From the NCBI GenBank assembly GCA_036384755.1, contig DASVLS010000018.1, positions 11,764 through 75,763 of the forward strand: a stretch of 64,000 nucleotides of DNA, in the 5' to 3' direction. Shown piece by piece: positions 50,201 through 59,659 of this stretch; the stretch's first letter is position 1, and every line of letters starts with the position of its first letter. Origin of the DNA: Trinickia sp. GTDB taxonomy: Bacteria > Pseudomonadota > Gammaproteobacteria > Burkholderiales > Burkholderiaceae. A program made the translations under genes and the position numbers. The notes below the pieces were generated by a model. The model saw only the letters and a list, made by a program, of their open reading frames with translations. It was not told the origin of the DNA and searched no databases.

Positions 50201-50471
50201 CAATCTCCAGATCGACGAGGGCGTGCCGTTTCGCGACGCCATCGTGCACTCGGCGGCCACGCGTGCCCAACCGATCCTGCTCACGGCCGTGGCCGCGATG
50301 ATCGGCGCGCTGTTCATCCTCGACGACCCGATTTTCAACGGCCTCGCCGTCTCGCTCATCTTCGGCATTTTGGTCTCGACACTACTCACGCTCGTCGTAA
50401 TCCCGCTGCTCTATTACACGGCTTACCGCCGCCGTTTCGCCACTACTTCACCCACTACGGCACACCCGTAA
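47235..50471 (+). CDS. RND permease (AcrB/AcrD/AcrF superfamily)
   Basis: PREEEPQI, TM4 GILVDDAIVVVEN, TM10 GIIVRNSILLVDF and RAQPILLT motifs; about 1078 aa. Confidence 0.95.
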   Translation: MTIPARELGISGRIAAFFQQNRITPLIALVALLLGLFAMVMTPREEEPQINVTMANVLVPFPGASARDVERMVAGPGEQVLSQISGTEHVMSVSRPGLAVLTVQFKVGVPRTEALVRLYDTVFSNEDWLPKNLGVLPPLIKPKGIDDVPIVVLTLYGTQPDTNAFDLERVGHSIEAELKRVPGTREVATLGGPQRAVNVLLDPGRMRAAGVTVDDLHRVLAAANAGASVGDLVRDNRSIHVESGPVLANARDVGDVIVAVHRGRPVFVSDVASVEEGPPAATHYVWEGVAGAHPAEHPAVSVTVTKKPGENAVTVAQQVLRRVDTLRNTVIPAGVQIEVARDYGLTANAKAMKLIEKLAFATTSVVVLVLFALGWREALVVGIAVVLTLTATLFASWAWGFTLNRVSLFALILSIGILVDDAIVVVENIHRHHSIQPDAPLAALIPGAVDEVGGPTILATLTVIAALLPMAFVTGLMGPYMSPIPINASMGMAISLSVAFVVTPWLSRTWIARAKHGGDHGARDKLRMKLLPFFERLFAPFLDEARGARNRKLLWLGVAGAIALSLALPAVQWVVLKMLPFDNKSEFQVVVDMPAGTPLERTSSVLHEMGAYLATVPETATYQAYAGLSAPINFNGLVRQYYLRAGANVGDLQVNLVDQSKRHRQSHAIATDVRPTLERIAERNGARVKVIEVPPGPPVLAPIVAEVYGAGEAQRNAVAHDIRRVFASTPGIVDVDDSTVAAAPQHDFELDRRKAGLLGISQQDVGQTLRAGLTGENVAYLHDGSKYPAAVRIALPAGLGGDASALLALAVRGGQGQLVPLSELVRTRDTTIEQPIYHKDLLPVTYVVGDMAGKVDSPLYGMFEMRSRLAKLAVPGGGRLGEWFVRQPDDPYRAFSVKWDGEWQVTYETFRDMGVAYAVGLLLIYLLVVAQFGSYLTPLIIMAPIPLTIIGVMPGHALLGAQFTATSMIGMIALAGIIVRNSILLVDFINLQIDEGVPFRDAIVHSAATRAQPILLTAVAAMIGALFILDDPIFNGLAVSLIFGILVSTLLTLVVIPLLYYTAYRRRFATTSPTTAHP

Positions 50472-50481
50472 GGAGCGAATC

Positions 50482-50691
50482 ATGACTTCCTGGCAAATCA
50501 CCCGAGTCTTCGCGGGCATTTTCATCCTCGTCTCGCTCGCGCTGGGAGCGCCGGCCAGCCCACTCTTCGTGAGCGGCTGGTGGCTATGGGTCACGGCTTT
50601 CGTCGGCGCAAATCTGTTGCAGAGCGGCATCACGCAGTGGTGCCCGATGGAGATCTTCATGCGCAAGCTGGGTTTGCGCGCTGGCGCGTAG
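50482..50691 (+). CDS. DUF2892 (YgaP-type) two-TM membrane protein
   Basis: 69 aa; RVFAGIFILVSL and FVGANLLQSGITQWCP motifs; AAGGAG RBS. Confidence 0.88.
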   Translation: MTSWQITRVFAGIFILVSLALGAPASPLFVSGWWLWVTAFVGANLLQSGITQWCPMEIFMRKLGLRAGA

Positions 50692-50722
50692 CGGGCCGCC
50701 CGGCTATATCGAGGATGCCACG

Positions 50723-52108
50723 GTGAAAGCGCTTACCCTCGGGCGCGTCGCACGCGCATCGGTTACCGTGCTTGCCGCGGCCAGCACGATGGCCCACGCG
50801 CAAACGGACCTGGTGAGCGCCGCTCGCGAGGCGATGGCGCACGACCCCGTCTATGCAGCCGCCGTCGCACAGCACGAGGCCGATGCGACCAAGCGCAAGC
50901 AGGCGCAAGCCGGATTCCTGCCGCAAGTCTTCGCAGCCGGCAACGTTCGGTACGGCGCGATCGACCAAGAGACGACCGGCGCACATTTTTCCGGCGGCGG
51001 ATTCGGCTCGAGCAACAGCATCGCCTTCGATACGCGCGCGGCAGGCGCCACAGGGGCGGGCTGGGCGATCACCATCAAGGAAAATCTGTATAGCGCCGCC
51101 AAGCACGCCGATGCGCGGCAGATGAACGATGCGGCCGACGCCGGCGACGTGTCGCTGCGGCTCGCGCGCCAAACGCTGCTGCTGCAAGTCGCGCAATCGT
51201 ATTTCGCCGTCCTTGCGGCCGAAGACGACGTGGCCGCGCTCAAATCCACTCGCGATGCGGCGCTCGAAGCGCGCAAGATCGCACAAGGGCACTTCGACGC
51301 GGGCGATGCATCGATTACCGACGTCAACGACGCGCTAGCGCGCGCGGACTTGGCGCAAGCGCAGATGGTCGCGGCCACGACCGCGCTGGAGCTCAAGCGC
51401 GCTGAACTGCACGACTTGACCGGCGCAGCCGACGCCCCCTTGCGTCGCCTCGACCGCACCGCCGGCCTGACGTCGCTTCACGCCGGCGACTTCGCCGATT
51501 GGCAAGCACGCGCGATGACGGACAATCCGCTGCTCGCGCTTCGCAGGCTGGGCGTCGACAGCGCCCGGGCGGAGACCTCCCGCAATCGCCCCGGCGCAGG
51601 CACGACGGTCGACGCATTCGCCTCCTACATCGGCGACCGTGTCAACGGAGCGGGCTACGGCGGGAACAGCTCGATGCGCAGCAACAGCGCGGTCGTCGGA
51701 ATCATGGTCACGATTCCGCTCTACACCGGGGGTCTACGCAGCGCGAAGTCGGAAGAATCCGCGGCGCTGCTCAACCGCGCAGGCCTCGACGAAGAGGCGG
51801 CACGCGTGTTCGTCGCGCGCGAGGTGCGCCAAGCCTTCCTCGGCATGCAAAGCGCGAAGGCTCAGGTCGACGCGCTAGCGCAGGCGGTGCATTCGGCCGA
51901 GTTGCAATTGGAATCGAACCGAACCGGCTTCGAAACGGGCGACCGTCCGTCGATCGACGTCCTCAATGCGGAACAAGCGCTATTCGCAACGCGGCGCGAT
52001 CTTGCAGCGGCGCGTTACCAGGTCGTACTGAACCGCCTTCGGCTGGCCGCGGCGGCCGGCGAGCTCGATGAGCAGCAGCTTACGCAAATCAACGCGCTCT
52101 TGCATTGA
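50723..52108 (+). CDS. TolC-family outer-membrane channel
   Basis: Signal peptide; AGFLPQV, VAQSYFAVL, IPLYTGG and DVLNAEQ motifs. Confidence 0.92.
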   Translation: MKALTLGRVARASVTVLAAASTMAHAQTDLVSAAREAMAHDPVYAAAVAQHEADATKRKQAQAGFLPQVFAAGNVRYGAIDQETTGAHFSGGGFGSSNSIAFDTRAAGATGAGWAITIKENLYSAAKHADARQMNDAADAGDVSLRLARQTLLLQVAQSYFAVLAAEDDVAALKSTRDAALEARKIAQGHFDAGDASITDVNDALARADLAQAQMVAATTALELKRAELHDLTGAADAPLRRLDRTAGLTSLHAGDFADWQARAMTDNPLLALRRLGVDSARAETSRNRPGAGTTVDAFASYIGDRVNGAGYGGNSSMRSNSAVVGIMVTIPLYTGGLRSAKSEESAALLNRAGLDEEAARVFVAREVRQAFLGMQSAKAQVDALAQAVHSAELQLESNRTGFETGDRPSIDVLNAEQALFATRRDLAAARYQVVLNRLRLAAAAGELDEQQLTQINALLH

Positions 52109-52203
52109 CCGCACATGACGGCGATCGCGCGCCCTCGCGTCATGTCACTTTCGTATGGACGCCGAATTCAAGCGCCACTTGGCGCATCCGAGAAGGAGGG
52201 AGC

Positions 52204-53475
52204 ATGGCTCGTATCGTGATTCTGGGCGCCGGCCTGGGCGGATTGTCGATGGCCTTTGCGATGCGCAAGGCGGCGCGGCCGGACGATTACGTGACCGTGG
52301 TGTGCGACGACACGCACTTCCACTTCGTTCCATCGAATCCCTGGGTCGCCGTAGGGTGGCGCACGCGCGAGGACGTATCCGTGGAGCTGAAGCCCGTGCT
52401 CGACAAGAAGAACATCGGCTTCGAGTCCATGGGCGCCAAGCGCGTTCATCCCGATCGCAACGCGATCGAAATGCCGGACGGCAGGATGCTTCCGTACGAC
52501 TACCTCGTCATCGCAACGGGTCCGAAGCTCGCTTTCGACGAGATAGAAGGTCTCGGGCCGCAGGCGAATACCGCGTCCATTTGCCATGTCGATCACGCGA
52601 TGCAAGCAGCGGACAAATGGGAGGCGTTCGTCCGCGACCCGGGCCCGATCGTGGTCGGGGCAGTACAAGGCGCGTCGTGCTTCGGTCCCGCCTACGAATT
52701 CGCGATGGTCACGGATGCCGACCTGCGCCGTCGCAAGATTCGCGACCGTGTGCCAATGACGTTCGTGACCGCCGAGCCGTATGTCGGTCATCTCGGCTTG
52801 GGCGGCGTGGGCGACTCGAAGGGCATGCTCGAATCGGCGATGCGCGAGCACGACATCAAATGGATCTGCAATGCGAAAACGACACGCGTGGAGGCCGACC
52901 GTATCTTCGTCACGGAGCACGACGATCTGGGCCAGGAGCACCGCAAGCACGAACTGCCGTTTCGCTTCTGCATGATGCTGCCGGCGTTCAAGGGCGTGGA
53001 CGCCGTGGCGGGGGTCGATAAGCTGACCAACCCTCGCGGCTTCGTCCTCATCGACGAATATCAGCGAAACCCGACCTATCCCAATGTCTACGCGATAGGC
53101 GTTTGCGTCGCCATCGCCCCGATCGAGACCACGCCCGTGCCCACCGGCGTGCCGAAGACGGGCTTCATGATCGAATCGATGGTCAGCGCGACCGCCGAAA
53201 ACATTCGGGCGACGCTCGATGGGCACGAGCCGTCGACGCGCGCGACGTGGAACGCGATTTGCCTCGCCGATTTCGGCGACCGAGGCGTCGCGTTCGTCGC
53301 GCTGCCGCAAATTCCTCCGCGAAACCTGAACTGGTCGAGCGAAGGCAAGTGGGTGCATATGGCGAAGATCGGCTTCGAAAAGTACTTCATGCGCAGGATG
53401 CGCACCGGTTCGACGGAGCCGGCGTACGAACGCATGCTTTTGGACCTGCTAGGGGTGAGGAAGCTGAAAAGCTAA
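52204..53475 (+). CDS. sqr: Sulfide:quinone oxidoreductase, type I-like
   Basis: GAGLGG FAD motif, FVPSNPW, three signature cysteines in SICHVDHA, GASCFGPAYE and NAICLADFG, PKTGFMIESM, HMAKIGFEKYF; AGGAGG RBS. Confidence 0.92.
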   Translation: MARIVILGAGLGGLSMAFAMRKAARPDDYVTVVCDDTHFHFVPSNPWVAVGWRTREDVSVELKPVLDKKNIGFESMGAKRVHPDRNAIEMPDGRMLPYDYLVIATGPKLAFDEIEGLGPQANTASICHVDHAMQAADKWEAFVRDPGPIVVGAVQGASCFGPAYEFAMVTDADLRRRKIRDRVPMTFVTAEPYVGHLGLGGVGDSKGMLESAMREHDIKWICNAKTTRVEADRIFVTEHDDLGQEHRKHELPFRFCMMLPAFKGVDAVAGVDKLTNPRGFVLIDEYQRNPTYPNVYAIGVCVAIAPIETTPVPTGVPKTGFMIESMVSATAENIRATLDGHEPSTRATWNAICLADFGDRGVAFVALPQIPPRNLNWSSEGKWVHMAKIGFEKYFMRRMRTGSTEPAYERMLLDLLGVRKLKS

Positions 53476-53510
53476 AATACCGAGAACTTGCATCGACAAC
53501 GGCGCACCCT

Positions 53511-55298
53511 ATGCCTGCCCCGCCCGAGCCTGTGGCCGCGCAAGGTCGATTCGGCCGCTGGCTGCCAGGTGTTGCAATGCTGCGCGGCTATCGGCGCGCG
53601 TGGCTGACGAAGGACTTGTTTGCCGGCATCACGCTGACCGCATTTCTCGTTCCCATCGGAATGAGCTACGCGCAAGCGGCCGGCTTACCCGTCATCACGG
53701 GACTTTACGCCACGATCGCGGCCTTGATCGCCTATGCCATCTTCGGGCCGAGCCGGATTCTCATGCTCGGCCCGGATTCCGCGCTCGCCGCCTTGATCGC
53801 GGCGACGGTCCTCCCCCTTTCCGCGAATGCCGGACAGACCGTGGCGCTGGCGTCGATGCTCGCCATCCTATCCGGCGCCCTATGCGTCCTGCTGGGCCTC
53901 ATGCGCTTGGGTTTCGTCTCCGACCTGCTCTCTCATCCGATTCGCTACGGATATCTCAACGGCATCGCCGTCACGCTCATCGTCGGCCAGTTGCCGCAAT
54001 TGTTCGGTTTGCACGATGCGCACGGCACCTTCATCAGCGCTTCGACGCAAGTCATCGGCCGCGTGCTTGCCGGCGAAATCAACACAGCAACCGCAAGCGT
54101 CGGGGCGGGCTGCATCGCGACGATTTTGCTGCTGCGCAAGTATGCACCGGCAGTGCCTGGCGTTTTCATCGTCGCCACCGCTGCGGCCGGCGTCGGCTGG
54201 TGGCTGCATGCGCAGCGCCACCTGCTCGTACCCGTCATCGGCGCATTGCCGTCGGGATGGGTCGCGCCGCACATCCCTCATGTATCGATCGCCGAAATAA
54301 GCGGCTTGTTCGGCGGTGCAATCGCGGTCGCGCTCGTCTCATACGCCGACATCAGCGTCATGTCGCGCGTCTTCGGGCCGAGGCAAGGCCGTTCATCGGA
54401 TCGCAACCAGGAACTCATCGCGCTCGGCGCCGCTAACCTGCTAGCCGGATTCGTACAGGGATGTCCCGTCACCAGCAGTTCTTCACGCACCCCGGTTGCC
54501 CAAGCGGCAGGGGCGCAGACGCAAGTCACGGGCGTCGTGGCGGCAGCGTGCATCGCCTCGCTGTTGGTGGCGGCGCCCTCGCTGCTCGCGCACGTGCCTT
54601 ACTCGGCGCTTGCCGCGGTCGTGATTTGCGCGGCCCTTCGCATCGTGGAAATCGGCAGCGTCGCGCGGTTGTACCGGCAACGACGCAGCGAATTCGCCGT
54701 GTCGATGCTTTGCTTCGCGGGCGTGATCCTGCTCGGCGTCGTCCAAGGCATCTTCCTATCCGTCGGGCTCGCACTGCTTTCGTTCGTTTGGCGCGCATGG
54801 CACCCCTATGACGCGGTGCTTGGCCGCGTGCCGGGAAGGCGCGGCTATCACGATGTCAGCCGGCACCCGGAAGCGCATCAATTGCCGGGACTGCTTCTCT
54901 TTCGATGGGACGCTCCGTTGTTCTTCGCCAATGCGAATATTTTTGCCGATCATGTACGGCGCGCCGTTTCTCGATCGGCCGTGCGCATCCGCTGGGTGAT
55001 CGTCGCCGCCGAACCCGTGACCGACATCGACGTCACCGCGGCCGATATCCTCGATGCGCTCCGCGACGAACTGCAAGCTGGCGGCATCGAGCTATGCTTC
55101 GCGGAAATGAAGGGGCCAGTGAAGGATCGACTTCGCGCCTACGGCATGCTGGGCAAGTTCAGCGCAGGCAGGCCGTTCTTCGCAACAGTGGGAGAAGCCG
55201 TCGAGCACTGCGTTGCCGCGCAGCAGCGCAGCCCCGCGTATCGCGCTGCCGGCGTCGACGCAGAGCCCCCGCCGCCCGGAAGCGACATCGAACGGTAA
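53511..55298 (+). CDS. SulP/SLC26 anion transporter with STAS domain
   Basis: DLFAGITL, PIGMSYA, GLYA, GPSRILMLGP, NQELIALG, SSSRT and APLFFANA motifs. Confidence 0.93.
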   Translation: MPAPPEPVAAQGRFGRWLPGVAMLRGYRRAWLTKDLFAGITLTAFLVPIGMSYAQAAGLPVITGLYATIAALIAYAIFGPSRILMLGPDSALAALIAATVLPLSANAGQTVALASMLAILSGALCVLLGLMRLGFVSDLLSHPIRYGYLNGIAVTLIVGQLPQLFGLHDAHGTFISASTQVIGRVLAGEINTATASVGAGCIATILLLRKYAPAVPGVFIVATAAAGVGWWLHAQRHLLVPVIGALPSGWVAPHIPHVSIAEISGLFGGAIAVALVSYADISVMSRVFGPRQGRSSDRNQELIALGAANLLAGFVQGCPVTSSSSRTPVAQAAGAQTQVTGVVAAACIASLLVAAPSLLAHVPYSALAAVVICAALRIVEIGSVARLYRQRRSEFAVSMLCFAGVILLGVVQGIFLSVGLALLSFVWRAWHPYDAVLGRVPGRRGYHDVSRHPEAHQLPGLLLFRWDAPLFFANANIFADHVRRAVSRSAVRIRWVIVAAEPVTDIDVTAADILDALRDELQAGGIELCFAEMKGPVKDRLRAYGMLGKFSAGRPFFATVGEAVEHCVAAQQRSPAYRAAGVDAEPPPPGSDIER

Positions 55299-55420
55299 GC
55301 CATCGCGCCGGGCTCTCCCCAATGATCGGAATAGGCAACGCCGGCCTCTGTGCACTGCGATGTCACACAATGGCGTGCCGCTACGTCTAGTCGACTACCC
55401 CACTCACGACTAGCGCTCAT

Positions 55421-55777
55421 ATGTCCGAATACGCTTCCGCTCTCGCCGCCCTGAGCCCTGACGATCCGTTCTCCAGCACCTTCGCGGCCAGTTACGCCGG
55501 CGTCGTGTCCTTTCTGGCCGCTGCGGTGGCGGACGCCGCGCTCGCTGCGCCAAGGAACGGCATCGTCGAAATCGCGGGTCCCAAGCGTGCGCCGTTCGAC
55601 GAGATCGTCGCGCGTTATCCAAAGGCCGTCGGCGACACGCGTCCAGTCGTGCGCGATCCGGCTGCACGTTATTTCGGCGGCTTGGTAAAGGACGATTCGC
55701 TCGTGCCCCTGGGCGAAGCGCGTCTCGGCAAGCGCAGCTTCGGCGCATGGTTCAGCCGTGCCCGGGCGCACGCCTGA
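55421..55777 (+). pseudogene. Chimeric remnant: NmrA/atypical-SDR C-terminus fused to an unrelated short N-terminus
   Basis: AAAVADAALAAPRNGIVEIAGP...DPAARYFGG...SLVP matches NmrA-like C-termini; the Rossmann N-terminus is missing. Confidence 0.65.
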
Positions 55778-55840
55778 TTCCCGTCCATCACGCCAATCCC
55801 CCTTGACGGCGACGGAGCTAAAGCGACGGTCCGATGCCAT

Positions 55841-58800
55841 TCATGCTGGCCCCGCGGCACACAACATCGTTTCGATTTCGTGCGGCGGGACCGGCCTGCT
55901 GAAGTGATAGCCCTGCACCTCATGGCAATGGTTGTCGCTCAAGAAGTCGACTTGCTCCTGCGTCTCCACGCCTTCCGCGATGACACTCAGATTCAAGCGC
56001 CGCCCCAGCGAAATCACTGCGATCGCGATCGCCCTGTCGTCTTCCCCATGCGGCAACTCGCGCACGAACGACTTGTCGATCTTGAGCCTGCCGACAGGAA
56101 AATGCTTCAACGCGCTCAGGCTCGAATAGCCGGTGCCGAAATCGTCGATCGAGAGCCGCACACCCATGTCTTGGAAGCGCCGCATCGTGGCGATGGAGCC
56201 TTCGACGTCGCGCATGATGAGGCTTTCGGTCAATTCCAGTTCGAGATATTCGGGCGCGAGGCCCGTGCGCGCGAGCAGGCGCGCGACGCTGTCGACCCAG
56301 TCCTTCTGCAGGAATTGGAGCGCCGATACGTTGACCGACATCGTGACCGGCGCAAACCCGGCTTCTTGCCATCGACGATTCTGAGCACAAGCCGTTTCGA
56401 GCACCCAATCGCCGATCCCGACGATCAACCCGGTTTCCTCGGCAATGGGAATGAACTCGGTGGGCGCAATGACGCCTTCGATCGGATGGTCCCACCGCAG
56501 TAAGGCCTCGACGCCGAAAATAGCGCCCGTGCGCGCATCGACTTGCGGCTGATAGACCAAGCGAAACTCGCCGTTCTCCAGCGCGTCGCGCAATTGCTCG
56601 CGACGCCGCAATCGCTCGTGAACCTTGATATTCATTTCTGCGGTGTAGAACTGGTAGTTGTTTCGACCCAATTCCTTCGCGCGGTACATCGCGGCATCCG
56701 CGTTCATCAACAGCGTTTGCGCATCCTCGCCGTCCTCCGGATAGCGTGCGATCCCCATGCTGCACGTCACCTTGTACCTCTTCCCTTCCAGTTGAACGGG
56801 TTCGGCGATCGTGTTGCGCAAGCGATCGATGACTGCACGCAATTCGCCGTCCCTCAGTGCATCGTCGAACAGCACGAGCACGAACTCGTCGCCTCCGAGC
56901 CGTACGACCGTGTCCGTGGTGCGCACGCACTCGCGCATGCGCGAGGAGATCGCTTTCAGCAGTTCGTCGCCCGCATGGTGCCCTAGGCTGTCGTTGATCA
57001 ACTTGAAGTTGTCGAGATCGAGGAACGCAACGCACACGCCGCGCGCGTAACGCTGCGCATGCAACACGGCCTGGCTCAGGCGGTCCGCGAGCAACGTGCG
57101 ATTCGGCAAGCCGGTCAAGGCGTCGTGATTCGCCATGCGCCGAATGCGGTCTTCCGCGCGGGTACGCCCGATGGCGATGCCCGCGATCCGGACCGCCATC
57201 GCGATGGTCTGCGATTCGATGGCGTCGGGCGAACGCTCGCTATGCGAGAAGATCGTCAGCGCACCGAACGCGCAACCTTCGTGCGACAAGATCGGCACCG
57301 AGCAGCACGTCGTGTAGTCGTTCATCTGCGCCGTGCGGATGAACTCGCCATGGCGCGGGTGCGAGGGCAGATTCGTCAGCGAAACGCTCTGGTGCGTGTA
57401 GATCGCAAGGCCGCTCGGGCTCGAGTCGGGACCGATTTTCCGACCGTTCGCGTGCCGGGCGAACGCATCGGGCAAGCTCGGCGCCGCGCCGACGCGCAAG
57501 TGCAATCCATCGTCATCGCGCAGCAGCACCGCGCACGCGCAGTCGGGTATCTGCGATTCGACCAAGCGCGTGAGCGAACCGAGGACTTCATCGAGCGGCG
57601 TGCTAGTCGCAATCATCTCCAGCACACGGTTTCGTTCGGCACGCATTGCCTCGCCGCGCTTGCGTGCGGTAATGTCCCGCACGATGGCGACAACACCCGC
57701 GTCCACGCGAACGATCTGCCGATGCAGCCATATTTTCGAACCATCGGGCCGTTCGTGCAGCCATTCGCGTTCGGCCACCTCGCCGCTAGCGAATACCTGA
57801 GAGAACTCGTGTTCGGCGCCGTTTTCTCCTTCACCGGGGAAGATATCGCCGGGCGCCGCGCCGACGAGCGCATCGCAAACGCTGCCCATCATCTCTGGGC
57901 CGCGCCGGCTCACGTCACGCAGCACGAACACGCCGGCATCGCTCGCCTGCGATGCCGGCGCCGCGTTCTTGCCCGTGCCATCGCCCTGCCCCGGCAGGCG
58001 TTCCCACACGAAGAAGGCATCGAGGCTCGCGCCGGAAGCCGCGAAATAAGTCTGCCGAAATCGCCGTGCGCCGGCGCGGCTTTTCGATAGCTCGAGCGTC
58101 TTCGCACTCAGAATCGCGCTCAACAGCATGAGCAGCACGCTGGCGGCAGCCGCTTCGTCGACATCGACGAAGCGGCTGCGCCGATAGGTCGCGAGTTGCT
58201 CATCGCGCGAAAGTCCGACGATCACCGCGAGGGGAAAGCCGTGCAGCGTACGCACGTTCGTGAATCGCTCGACGCCGCGATCCCAGGGTTGAGCAGAACG
58301 CGTTTCCGTCATGCTTGCGACGTCGAACCCTCGCGGCATGACGGCGCCCCACGTTACGTCTTCGCCGACTTGCTGCGCACGCATGACTCCGTCTCTTCCG
58401 AGCAGGCCAAGGAAGCCTTGCTTGCCCATGCGCGGCAAATCGTAGCTGCTCGTGAAGTACGCCGGATCGACGCCGAGCATGACGATGCCCGCGAACGCGC
58501 CTGCGCGGTTCGAAAGCCGACGGCTGAAGATGATTTCAGGAGCATTCGCCGCGTTCGATTGCGTGCGCCCGACGAAGAGGCGGTCGCCATGCTTCTGCAC
58601 TTGGAAATACGATTGGCCCGCAACGTTTCGCGCCGGCGCGGGGCGCGTGCTCGCGATGACGTCGCCCTCCCAGTTCGCGATCGTCACTCGAGACACGACC
58701 GCCGAAGGCAGCATGCCCTTGTTCTGTAACTGGCCGAGCGCAGCGCTCCCGTCGACTGCATACGCGTAGGCGACGGTCTTGAGCGTTTGATCGATCGAGA

Positions 58801-59092
58801 CCAGGCTGCGCACCACTTGCGCCTCGTAAGTATCGGCCAGTTCGCGACTCGATTTGACGGCGTCATTCGTCGCCGCGGTATGCTCCAGCGCGAGCACATG
58901 AACCAACGTGCCCCATGCAAGCACAAGCAGCACGAGCGCGAACAACGGAAACCAAAGCCATGTATCTGCGGAACGCGATCGTACCGATCCGACGAGCAAA
59001 CTCACGCTCACGCGAGCTTTGCGCCCACGTAAAGCGATGCGACGGCAAGCGTCGACAGTCGCGCCGGCGGACGGGTCTTGCATCTTCGACAT
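55841..59092 (-). CDS. Cache-PAS-GAF-GGDEF-EAL c-di-GMP signalling protein
   Basis: Two TMs flanking a Cache-like domain; PAS/PAC (VRDIT); GAF; HDALTGLPNR, RLGGDEF, EALLRW, DDFGTGYSSL and EGVE motifs. Confidence 0.93.
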   Translation of the reverse strand: MSKMQDPSAGATVDACRRIALRGRKARVSVSLLVGSVRSRSADTWLWFPLFALVLLVLAWGTLVHVLALEHTAATNDAVKSSRELADTYEAQVVRSLVSIDQTLKTVAYAYAVDGSAALGQLQNKGMLPSAVVSRVTIANWEGDVIASTRPAPARNVAGQSYFQVQKHGDRLFVGRTQSNAANAPEIIFSRRLSNRAGAFAGIVMLGVDPAYFTSSYDLPRMGKQGFLGLLGRDGVMRAQQVGEDVTWGAVMPRGFDVASMTETRSAQPWDRGVERFTNVRTLHGFPLAVIVGLSRDEQLATYRRSRFVDVDEAAAASVLLMLLSAILSAKTLELSKSRAGARRFRQTYFAASGASLDAFFVWERLPGQGDGTGKNAAPASQASDAGVFVLRDVSRRGPEMMGSVCDALVGAAPGDIFPGEGENGAEHEFSQVFASGEVAEREWLHERPDGSKIWLHRQIVRVDAGVVAIVRDITARKRGEAMRAERNRVLEMIATSTPLDEVLGSLTRLVESQIPDCACAVLLRDDDGLHLRVGAAPSLPDAFARHANGRKIGPDSSPSGLAIYTHQSVSLTNLPSHPRHGEFIRTAQMNDYTTCCSVPILSHEGCAFGALTIFSHSERSPDAIESQTIAMAVRIAGIAIGRTRAEDRIRRMANHDALTGLPNRTLLADRLSQAVLHAQRYARGVCVAFLDLDNFKLINDSLGHHAGDELLKAISSRMRECVRTTDTVVRLGGDEFVLVLFDDALRDGELRAVIDRLRNTIAEPVQLEGKRYKVTCSMGIARYPEDGEDAQTLLMNADAAMYRAKELGRNNYQFYTAEMNIKVHERLRRREQLRDALENGEFRLVYQPQVDARTGAIFGVEALLRWDHPIEGVIAPTEFIPIAEETGLIVGIGDWVLETACAQNRRWQEAGFAPVTMSVNVSALQFLQKDWVDSVARLLARTGLAPEYLELELTESLIMRDVEGSIATMRRFQDMGVRLSIDDFGTGYSSLSALKHFPVGRLKIDKSFVRELPHGEDDRAIAIAVISLGRRLNLSVIAEGVETQEQVDFLSDNHCHEVQGYHFSRPVPPHEIETMLCAAGPA

Positions 59093-59095
59093 GAT

Positions 59096-59659
59096 TCAAT
59101 TCAACGTGAGTACCGCTTTGACTGCGGGGTCGGGTGTCCAAACGCGGTCGTACTGCACCTTCGAATCGACGTTCCTTGCGAGGGTCCCAGCGCACGCCGC
59201 CCGACAATGCACGCGGCCCGTTGTTGAGGTTCTCGGAAACGACAGGATGATCGAGCGAATGCGCGACCGCGAAGGTCGCGTACGGCGTGAATTTCCCCCC
59301 GCGCAAAACCGCAAGTAGCCGAGATGGAGCGTCAGCGCTCGGTATTCGACGGTATCGAAAACGCCGAAGATATCTTTGCCTTCGGCTCGAAACTAACCGG
59401 GTACGACCTGAAATGCGGTCTTGCCGTAAGTCGGATGCGGCGTATTGGTCACGGCGCCGGCGTGAATTCGATACGAGCCGTCGACGCCGTCGCTGTGGGT
59501 AATTGGCACCGTGTCGTATAACTCGGGCGGCACGCGAACCCATGGATTAGCGTAACCCACCTGTCGATAGTCCGACGTGAGAAAAGTCTGCAACTCGATG
59601 CGGCCCACGCGCAGACTCAGATTGGGCGTGAAGTCATAGCGAATGTTCGCCCGCTCGAA
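59096..59659 (-). pseudogene. Fragmented outer-membrane beta-barrel (porin-like) gene upstream of the GGDEF-EAL gene
   Basis: ANIRYDFTPNLSLRVGRI...SDYRQVGYANPWVR, in-frame TAG at 59393-59395, then frameshifted pieces GKFTPYATF, SGGVRWD and KVQYDRV; no intact 5' end. Confidence 0.72.
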
